Source: an uncultured Acidobacteriota bacterium
Lineage (GTDB): Bacteria > Acidobacteriota > Terriglobia > Terriglobales > Acidobacteriaceae
Reading direction: 5' to 3'
Length of the DNA: 64,000 nt
NCBI GenBank assembly: GCA_963812095.1
Contig: CAWETV010000001.1
Coordinates: 354,690-418,689 of the forward strand
Shown here: one piece after another, positions 40,669-47,566 of the stretch
Position numbering within the stretch: the first letter of the stretch is position 1
How the letters are laid out: each line of letters starts with the position of its first letter
Translations under genes and position numbers: made by a program
The notes under the pieces: model-generated
Told to the model about the DNA's origin: nothing
Database searches by the model: none
The model's input: the letters and a program-made list of their open reading frames with translations, nothing else

Positions 40669-41859
40669 ATGGCAGCGATCACCGAACACGAATTGCTTCT
40701 CTCGCGCCGCGCCTCGAGGCTCGGCCAGGAAACGGCTTTCGAGGTCCTGAACCGGGCCCGCGCGCTCGAGGCGCAGGGCCGCAGCATCATTCACCTCGAA
40801 ATCGGCGAGCCTGACTTCGACACCCCCTCTAACATCGTGGAAGCAGCCGTCGACGCTCTGCACACCGGCTGGACCCACTACGGCCCTTCGGCCGGACAGC
40901 CCGAACTGCGCCAGGCCATCGCCGCATACGTCAGCCGCACGCGCGCGATCGACGTCCGCCCCGAAGAGGTGGTTGTGGCGCCGGGCGGCAAGCCCATCCT
41001 CTTCTTCACCATCCTGGCGCTCATCGACGATGGCGACGAGGTCATCTATCCCAACCCCGGCTATCCCATCTACGAGTCAATGATCGAATATATGGGCGGC
41101 AAAGCTGTGCCCATCCCCCTGCGCGAGGATCGCGCCTTCACCATGGACGTCGCCGAGCTCGCCCGCCTCATCACTCCGCACACCAAACTCATCATTCTCA
41201 ATTCGCCGCAGAATCCCACCGGCGCCGTCCTGCCGCGCGAAGACGTTGAGCAGGTCGCCCGCGCCATCGGCGATCGCAACATCCTCGTGCTCTCCGACGA
41301 GATCTACACGCGTCTGCAGTTCGAAGGCAGCCCGTTTTCCATCGCGTCCGTTGCTGGAATGCAACAGCGCACCGTCATCCTCGACGGCTTTTCGAAAACC
41401 TATGCCATGACCGGCTGGCGCGTCGGTTACGGCGTGATGCGCGCCGACCTGGCCGCGCACGTCACCAAGCTCATCAACAACTCCGTCTCCTGCACGGCCA
41501 GCTTCACGCAAAGGGCCTGCCTCGCCGCGCTCAGCGGCGACCAGAGCCCCGTCGACCGCATGCGCGCCGAGTTTGAGCGCCGCAGCCGCTTCTTCGTCGA
41601 CGGCCTCAACAACATCAAGGGTTTCCATTGCCACATGCCCAAAGGAGCGTTCTACGTCTTCCCGAACATCTCCCGCACGGGATGGAAGTCAAAGCCCTTG
41701 GCCGACGCCCTCCTGGAACAGGCTGGCGTCGCATCGCTCTCCGGCACTGCTTTTGGCAGCTACGGCGAAGGATTCCTGCGCTTCAGCGTGGCCAACTCGC
41801 TCGACAATCTCAATGAGGCTCTCAAGCGCCTGCGGCAATGGACGACCGCCAGCCTTTAG
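40669..41859 (+). CDS. Class I/II PLP-dependent aminotransferase (aspartate/aromatic type)
   Basis: ..IIHLEIGEPDFDTP......Y....G...LR.AIA.......PGYPIYES....LNSPQNPTG......SDEIY......GFSKTYAMTGWRVGY. GGAGGAG lies 9 nt before ATG 40669. Confidence 0.9.
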   Translation: MAAITEHELLLSRRASRLGQETAFEVLNRARALEAQGRSIIHLEIGEPDFDTPSNIVEAAVDALHTGWTHYGPSAGQPELRQAIAAYVSRTRAIDVRPEEVVVAPGGKPILFFTILALIDDGDEVIYPNPGYPIYESMIEYMGGKAVPIPLREDRAFTMDVAELARLITPHTKLIILNSPQNPTGAVLPREDVEQVARAIGDRNILVLSDEIYTRLQFEGSPFSIASVAGMQQRTVILDGFSKTYAMTGWRVGYGVMRADLAAHVTKLINNSVSCTASFTQRACLAALSGDQSPVDRMRAEFERRSRFFVDGLNNIKGFHCHMPKGAFYVFPNISRTGWKSKPLADALLEQAGVASLSGTAFGSYGEGFLRFSVANSLDNLNEALKRLRQWTTASL

Positions 41860-41940
41860 CTGGGTAAAACAACTCAAGGTCCTGGTGGCCCGGATACATT
41901 TTGGCGAAAGCGGCGAGGATCGGCTTTCAAAAGCCGCGCT

Positions 41941-42420
41941 CTAGGCCTGAGGCGGCGGTGGAGCCGGAGTCAGACCGTGGCGGCGCATGACCTCTGCCAT
42001 CGTTGCGCGGTCCGGCAGGCTGCCTGCTGCGGCGTTGATCACCTCGGCAGCCTCGCGAAAATATTGTGGACCGATTGCCGCCGGCGTGATCAGGCAGAGC
42101 GCCTTCACATCCCGGGTCGTGTTGTTGTCGAAGCGGTGAACGGCGCCGCGCGGAATGCAGAGCGTCTCTCCCGGACCCACGTTGATCAGCTTGCCGTCCA
42201 CGGTCCACGTCAACACGCCGTCGACGCCGTAAATCGTCTCCTCGTAGTGGTCGTGGCTATGGGCTGGAGCCGCCAGGCGCTGCGCGCCCGGGACAATAAC
42301 CTCGAAGACCGCAATCGTGCCCGACGAGTCCTCGCCGGTTACGAGAAAATGCACTGTCAAATGTCCCACTCGGATGACCTCATTGGAAGGATTGATGCCA
42401 TAGGCGGCCGTTTGTGGCAT
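41941..42420 (-). CDS. Cupin-domain protein
   Basis: A 159-aa product with the cupin core PAHSHDHYEETIYGVDGVLTWTVDG....GPGETLCIPRGAVHRFDN. Confidence 0.7.
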   Translation of the reverse strand: MPQTAAYGINPSNEVIRVGHLTVHFLVTGEDSSGTIAVFEVIVPGAQRLAAPAHSHDHYEETIYGVDGVLTWTVDGKLINVGPGETLCIPRGAVHRFDNNTTRDVKALCLITPAAIGPQYFREAAEVINAAAGSLPDRATMAEVMRRHGLTPAPPPPQA

Positions 42421-42447
42421 AGCGTTCCTCCTCTGAGGAGATGCTGT

Positions 42448-43005
42448 TCACTGTCTCTCAGGCACTACAATTTCCAGGCCATATCGCGGAGCAACCTCGA
42501 GCATCCTTTGTACGTCTTGATAGGGCTCTTCAGTCGCTGGCGGCAACTTCATGGCTGGCGCGGGCACGCTGAATTCCTTGAACCATCCTTCAAATCCGGC
42601 GGGAGTCATGAGAATCAGCATCCGCGCCTGCTCCGACTCGACCGCGAAGGTGTGCGGGATGTTGCGTGGCAAGTAGACCATCGTTCCAGGCACAGCCTTC
42701 ATGGTGCGACCGCCTACCGAAACGCTCACCTCGCCCTCCAGTACGTAGAAGGTCTCATCTTCCCGGCGATGGATGTGCGGAGGAGGTGAATTGCCTTTCC
42801 TGCCCACGGCCTCAATCAACGCGAACCGCCCTTGGGTGTCTTCGCCTGTAGCCAAAAAAATCATCAGCGAGCCGTTGTACCAGATCGAACGATCCAGAGA
42901 TTGTCGTCCACGGTTAAATGCGATGGATCCTGTTGGTTCGATCTTTGCGGCGGCCTGCGTTGCCGCCGAAGGAAGGACATCGCTTTCGATGGTCCGCATG
43001 GTCAT
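42448..43005 (-). CDS. Cupin-domain protein (paralog-like neighbour)
   Basis: A 185-aa product with the cupin core PPHIHRREDETFYVLEGEVSVSVGG......GTMVYLPRNIPHTF. Confidence 0.7.
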   Translation of the reverse strand: MTMRTIESDVLPSAATQAAAKIEPTGSIAFNRGRQSLDRSIWYNGSLMIFLATGEDTQGRFALIEAVGRKGNSPPPHIHRREDETFYVLEGEVSVSVGGRTMKAVPGTMVYLPRNIPHTFAVESEQARMLILMTPAGFEGWFKEFSVPAPAMKLPPATEEPYQDVQRMLEVAPRYGLEIVVPERQ

Positions 43006-43179
43006 CTCTTTCTCCTCTCTTCACGATCGTGAATGTGGGGTACTCCCGAGGTGGCCCACGTGAAAATTGCGTAGCCTTAAGTCCTTGCCTGTTTGATTCC
43101 TAAACATCTCGACGCAGTTGCCTCGCAGATCGGAACGGTGGTCCGGCCTGAACGCTTTGGGGATCGTTCTCCGGCCACA

Positions 43180-43359
43180 GAGGGATGCCCCATCCAAGCC
43201 CGCCGCGGCGGGCTTGGGCGGGAAACCACAGAAGTCGGATGGGTGCCCCAGGTCTCGATTTTGAGACCTGGGAACCACCAAAGCTCACAGACGGTAGGGC
43301 TGGTTCTCCCACCACAAATGGGTGCCCCAGGTCTCGATTTTGAGACCTGGGAAACCACC
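43180..43359 (+). repeat. Three tandem REP-like hairpin units (~79-bp spacing), GGGTGCCCCA-box family
   Basis: Unit 1: GGGATGCCCCATCCAAGCCCGCCGCGGCGGGCTTGGGCGGGAAACCAC. Units 2 and 3: GGGTGCCCCAGGTCTCGATTTTGAGACCTGGGAA(A)CCACC, with the 10-bp perfect stem CCCAGGTCTC/GAGACCTGGG. Confidence 0.85.
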
Positions 43360-43378
43360 GCATTCAACTCGGGGACCC

Positions 43379-44254
43379 CTACAGCCCCCGCAGAAACTCC
43401 GGCCGCAAATACCGGTGGTCCCTCGAGCGCAGCACCTGTTCGATCGTCCCGAGCAGTTCCGCCTTCTCTTCCGGTATCCATCCCCTCAGGGGCAGATAGT
43501 TCGAAGCGTGCATGGAGGTGAAGTACATGTGTCCGCCTTCGATCTCGGACAACATGGTATGCAGCTCCTCGAGCTGCATGTACACACCGGGAACCTTGAA
43601 GGCGCCGCTGGCCTCTTCTTCAGCCAGGGGCGTGCCCGGAACCACCGTGACGCTGAGAGCGGCGCCGAAATCCGGCTGAATGCGGCTAAGAAACTGCCCC
43701 GTGCGCTCCGCATGGATCTGGCTGCGCTCCACCCCGCCCAAACCCAGCACCACACTTGCGGAAATGAGAATGCCGGCGGCCTTCACCCGCTCGACAGCGG
43801 CGGCGGTATCGTCAAGGCGCGTGCCTTTGCGGATACGGTCCAGGATCTCCTGGTCCCCGGTCTCCACCCCGAGATAGATGATGCCGAGGCCCAGCTTGCG
43901 CAACTCCGCAAGCTCCTCCGGGCTCTTTTTCAGAATGGACTTGGTATTGCCGTAGACGCCGACGCGCTCGACCCCGGGTAGAGCCTCGCGGATCGCCTCC
44001 AGCATGGGCAAAATCATGCGCTGCGGCATGATCAGGGCGTCGCCATCGGCCAGGAAAACGCGGCGCACGAACGGGGCATAGGGCCGCGCCTCGTCGAGGT
44101 CGCGCTCGACATCCTCCAGCTTGCGGATGCGGAAGCGCTTCTCCTTGTAGGCGCCGCAGAAGGTGCATTTGTTATGCGAGCACCCAATGGTCACCTGCAA
44201 GATCAGACTGTCCGCCTCGCTCGGCGGCCGATAAATGGTCCCCTCGTATCTCAT
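43379..44254 (-). CDS. Radical SAM enzyme of unknown specificity
   Basis: MRYEGTIYRPPSEADSLILQVTIGCSHNKCTFCGAY.. with a downstream GDAL / GVETG radical-SAM core. The Cys spacing as read is C-x4-C-x2-C. Confidence 0.8.
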   Translation of the reverse strand: MRYEGTIYRPPSEADSLILQVTIGCSHNKCTFCGAYKEKRFRIRKLEDVERDLDEARPYAPFVRRVFLADGDALIMPQRMILPMLEAIREALPGVERVGVYGNTKSILKKSPEELAELRKLGLGIIYLGVETGDQEILDRIRKGTRLDDTAAAVERVKAAGILISASVVLGLGGVERSQIHAERTGQFLSRIQPDFGAALSVTVVPGTPLAEEEASGAFKVPGVYMQLEELHTMLSEIEGGHMYFTSMHASNYLPLRGWIPEEKAELLGTIEQVLRSRDHRYLRPEFLRGL

Positions 44255-44397
44255 TCACTGTCCCTGTGAGCTGTGCTGCGTTCTTAACCATTTTATCGGG
44301 AGATTGGGGCGCCGGCCGGGGGTTGGGAGGGGCGGAAAGGCCTGCACAGTTTCACCGTTTCACGGGAACTGTGAGATTGTGCATTTTTCGGCGGTAA

Positions 44398-44859
44398 CTA
44401 GTTGATTCTATTCTTCCGGGTGGACTTCACAGTTTCACCGCCCGAAAAATGAACTTGCGAAGTGCAAGCCTGGAGCGGCGATTTCGAATCGTGAATCAGG
44501 GTACTGTGAGAATTAGCGGGGCTGGCGGAGTTGGCGGCTTTAGCGGAGTTAGCGGAGTTAGCGGAGTTGGCGGAATTAGCGGGGCTAGCGCGGTGAGCCT
44601 GGGGTTGCGAGGCGGCCAGGGTCTTTTCAGCCAGCTCGATTTGCGCCCGGCGGAGGTCGTCCATGGTCCGGAGCGGGGGGAAGGGCGACTTGATGACCCT
44701 GTTCACGATGGCAATCGATCCGTCGCGGCGAAGTCTCATGTTGGGCAGATTCTCGATGCAGAGCTGCACGATGGAGGAGAGGGAACAACCGCGCTCGGCA
44801 GCCCAGACGCGGGCGTTGCGATAGGCGTTTTCGCTGACGTGGACGGTGATGTTGGGCAT
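44398..44859 (-). CDS. Hypothetical protein: RHH (CopG/Arc)-like N-terminus with a low-complexity (ANS)n tail
   Basis: MPNITVHVSENAYRNARVWAAERGCSLSSIVQLCIENL fits a beta-strand/helix/helix RHH pattern. The middle region SPANSANSANSANSAKAANSASPANS is encoded by a 9-nt tandem repeat at 44524-44590. Coding status is uncertain. Confidence 0.4.
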   Translation of the reverse strand: MPNITVHVSENAYRNARVWAAERGCSLSSIVQLCIENLPNMRLRRDGSIAIVNRVIKSPFPPLRTMDDLRRAQIELAEKTLAASQPQAHRASPANSANSANSANSAKAANSASPANSHSTLIHDSKSPLQACTSQVHFSGGETVKSTRKNRIN

Positions 44860-44863
44860 AGGT

Positions 44864-44912
44864 CAGTTCTCAGTTCTCAGTTCACAGTTCTCAGTTCGTA
44901 GTTCGCAGTTCT
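44864..44912. repeat. Tandem heptamer array (CAGTTCN)x7
   Basis: cagttct cagttct cagttca cagttct cagttcg tagttcg cagttct, 5 nt upstream of the ATG of the RHH-like ORF. Confidence 0.85.
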
Positions 44913-45287
44913 CCGGCCCCTGGCCGGGGATCGGGCTCTATTCCGATTGTGCGCCGGGGACGCGAAATGATCTGCAAAGGGCCGATGGCGGCGATAGAGG
45001 GTGGAGCGCGGCGGTTCTGCAGTCCGCCCGGCTCCTGCACACCATTCTGCTACGAAGGGGGGAAATGATGCGCAAAGCGGCGACCGCCATCTTCCCCGAG
45101 ACGCTTGCTTCCCACCCGAACCGCAAAGCACGCGGTCAGGATGGGGCACCGGGCCGGATCGATGGATCGCCCCAGCCGCCCCAGGCTACAGACGCCGGGA
45201 TCGAGCCGCCCCCGTCAGCCAAAGTCGCACTAGGCAGTTTGGCGGACGCAGGCCGAAATTGCTGGTATGAATCCGCCTCGATGAACG

Positions 45288-46373
45288 TTATGCCATCGTC
45301 AGCGTCGGCCTCATCAAGCGCGGACCTTGATTCGAGAACTCCGGCGCATACAGCTTCGCGCATTCTTCCGGGAACAAATTCAAGAGTTGCGCCAAATCTT
45401 TCACATCATACCGAAGCTCTCTGATGTGTGCATTAACCAACTCGCCAAGTAGCGTTGGCCTCTCGATTGGGATGTCAAGCTCGGCTGGTTCCCGCACGTT
45501 GTAATGCAGCTTGCTGAAATTAATGCGCATGTATCGATGCTGCGTTGCGTTGATAGTTCCGAGTTGCTTGGCTCTCTCCAGCAACGCGCCCATCGACACC
45601 CTCCAAACTCCTTTGAGCAACGCCAAATGGGCCAGGCGGACATTTCTCAGTTGATGTCGTATTTCCGATTCCGGCATCAAAAATTCGGAGGCAAACCGAT
45701 TTGCCTCTTCTTCCATCTTTTCAGATGGAAAAGCGTGCATAATCAGGTGGCCAAGCTCATGTGCGAGGGTCCAACGGTAGCGGTCGCCCCCAACGCAGTC
45801 ATCGACATTCATGAGGATAAGCGGTTGATGGCCCGGTATCCACTCGCTCACTGCGTCTGTCCTGGTACTTCCGAATTTGTGCGTGACTATAATCACCCCC
45901 ACGTCCTCGACTGCGGCGGTGAGATTGTTCACCGGTCCCATTGGGAGGTGCAAGAGCGCACGCACCTGACGCGCGATGTTTTCGGGACTTCCAAAATCCT
46001 CGACGGACATGCGAATCAGTTCGATCTCCGGGGAAATGGATGCTGCCAGCATAAGGCGGCTCACCCGCATCCTCGTAAGGTTCAGAACGGCGTGGATGCG
46101 TCGTAGAGTCTTGGCTGGCATATCTGCGCGTTTCCGATGGAAGAAAACGGATGCATTAAACCCGAATATCCGATCCTCCTGGAACAAGAGACCCTTGGGA
46201 TACCTAAGAGCACTGGCAATCAATGAAACCTGGTCGTCATTGGGCTGCGTGATTCCTGCTTCAAACCGCGAGATCAGCGTTTGGGGAATCCTGGTAGTCA
46301 GCGAAAGATCTGATTGCGAGACCTCGCGAGACTCCCGCGCCAGCGTGAGCAGTCCTGCATTGAAATTTGGCAT
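45288..46373 (-). CDS. XRE-family HTH fused to an ImmA/IrrE (COG2856, M78-like) zinc metallopeptidase
   Basis: N-terminus: ..LTLARESREVSQSDLSLTTRIPQTLISRFEAGITQPNDDQV (HTH_XRE). Centre: WTLAHELGHLIMH (HExxH) followed by EEEANRFASEFLMPE, the ImmA/IrrE signature. GC is lower than the flanks (28/60 at 45661-45720). Confidence 0.85.
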   Translation of the reverse strand: MPNFNAGLLTLARESREVSQSDLSLTTRIPQTLISRFEAGITQPNDDQVSLIASALRYPKGLLFQEDRIFGFNASVFFHRKRADMPAKTLRRIHAVLNLTRMRVSRLMLAASISPEIELIRMSVEDFGSPENIARQVRALLHLPMGPVNNLTAAVEDVGVIIVTHKFGSTRTDAVSEWIPGHQPLILMNVDDCVGGDRYRWTLAHELGHLIMHAFPSEKMEEEANRFASEFLMPESEIRHQLRNVRLAHLALLKGVWRVSMGALLERAKQLGTINATQHRYMRINFSKLHYNVREPAELDIPIERPTLLGELVNAHIRELRYDVKDLAQLLNLFPEECAKLYAPEFSNQGPRLMRPTLTMA

Positions 46374-46377
46374 CTTT

Positions 46378-47145
46378 CTACTCGCTTGTGTTCGACAGCA
46401 GCTCTCTCTGGTCTGGGCCGCGCTTGATCCTGATTCGGGTTCGCGTTCTGAGACCGTCTACGATTTGCAACGGCATTTCCACAACCTTTGATCTGGCGGT
46501 GATCTTCTCCAATTCGATGTAAAACTGCAATTTTCCGCTGGAGTAAAATCGCTGAATCATCACGCTCGTAATATTTCTTAGGGCGTCGTCAGCTGTAAAG
46601 CCAAGAACGAACAGGGGCCTAGCCGGAGCAAATGTGAAACGTCCCTGCATCATCTCTAGTGCCGTCTCGGTTGGGTAATTGGAGGGAAATCCATCCTCGC
46701 CGAGCTGTTTATACCAAAAGACGCAGCCGCTAAACAGATGGTAGGTGGTGGAGTTCTTATCAAAGAATTCGGAGTCTCGAATACCAGCAAAGCGCTGACG
46801 GGCCTCGTCGATGACGTATCCATTCAGAACGTTTGCTGAGATTCGCGGATTGAACGGCAAACGAAGCTCCGCAGGAATCCGGTTATACGTGGCCAGCGCT
46901 GCTTCCGGTATCTCCCAGAAGAGATGCCGCACATTGCGGATTTTTGAAACTGTCCAGTCTTGCGAGCCGATTTCCCTCACCAGGAACTCCTTTCTTCTAA
47001 GATGACTATCGCACAATCGCGCAATTCGTGCAATAATTATTCTTAAATTATTCAGAAGGTGGCCCGGCCCTAACGGCGTTGAGAGCTCGTTCCCAACTGC
47101 ACTGGGTCCATCGCTGACGCCGTTAGCCCCGCTCATCCCGGGCAT
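46378..47145 (-). CDS. Hypothetical ~255-aa protein with no recognisable domain; candidate toxin or effector partner of the HTH-ImmA/IrrE gene
   Basis: Its stop TAG lies 4 nt before the downstream ATG, on the same strand. Low GC (23/60 at 46501-46560). Candidate ATG starts are 47145 and 47136. The track start 47220 runs into a high-GC REP-like sequence and is disfavoured. Confidence 0.6.
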   Translation of the reverse strand: MPGMSGANGVSDGPSAVGNELSTPLGPGHLLNNLRIIIARIARLCDSHLRRKEFLVREIGSQDWTVSKIRNVRHLFWEIPEAALATYNRIPAELRLPFNPRISANVLNGYVIDEARQRFAGIRDSEFFDKNSTTYHLFSGCVFWYKQLGEDGFPSNYPTETALEMMQGRFTFAPARPLFVLGFTADDALRNITSVMIQRFYSSGKLQFYIELEKITARSKVVEMPLQIVDGLRTRTRIRIKRGPDQRELLSNTSE

Positions 47146-47475
47146 TGGCGGGTGGTCGAGACTCTTCCCGCCCAAGCGAGCTTGGACGGGGCACCCCCGG
47201 AAGATTCTGTGGCTTTCCATCCTTCGCGCGAGATTTCCTCAGGGGCTAAAGCCCGCCCTTCTTTTGCGGGCTTAAGGCACCCTTCGGCTTCGCCCAGGGC
47301 AGGCTTTGAAGTCGTGCCCGTGGCTAAAGCCCGCGCAGAATCGGATGGCGTTATGCGGGGGTTGAAACCCCCGCCTCCCTCCATAGTTGGATGGGCTGTG
47401 GTGGTTTCCCAGGTGCCTCCGCCGCGGCGGACGAGGCACCTGGGGCACCCGTTTGTAGCGGTGAAATGCGCCTCG

Positions 47476-47504
47476 CTACGGGTAGATGCCGCGAATCTGC
47501 CCCC
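47476..47504 (-). pseudogene. Relic duplicate of the gdhA 3' terminus (..QIRGIYP*)
   Basis: The reverse complement GGG CAG ATT CGC GGC ATC TAC CCG TAG matches the real end GTG CAG ATT CGC GGG ATC TAT CCG TAA (47563-47591) at 24/28 nt. Within the seven aligned codons plus stop, all differences are synonymous. It is separated from the real end only by the heptamer array. Confidence 0.7.
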
Positions 47505-47566
47505 TCAGTCCCTGAGTCCCTATTCCCTATTCCCTATTCCCTATTCCCTGTTCCCTGTTCCCTTAC
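47501..47566. repeat. Tandem heptamer array (CCCTATT family), 9 units
   Basis: cccctcagt ccctgagt ccctatt ccctatt ccctatt ccctatt ccctgtt ccctgtt ccctta. The last unit contains the gdhA TAA. Confidence 0.9.

Noticed and set aside
45185-45215. GCCGGGATCGAGCCGCC, superficially like a tRNA T-arm, which could have marked an integration site next to the low-GC cassette.
   Set aside because: The flanking bases do not form a T-stem (GCCGG against CCGCC are not complementary), and no acceptor or anticodon arms can be drawn.
44846-45424. 192-aa plus-strand ORF spanning the heptamer array, a REP element and the 3' end of the HTH-peptidase gene.
   Set aside because: It starts inside the (CAGTTCN)n array and reads through a REP-like element. 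It overlaps a well-supported gene on the other strand and has no motifs.
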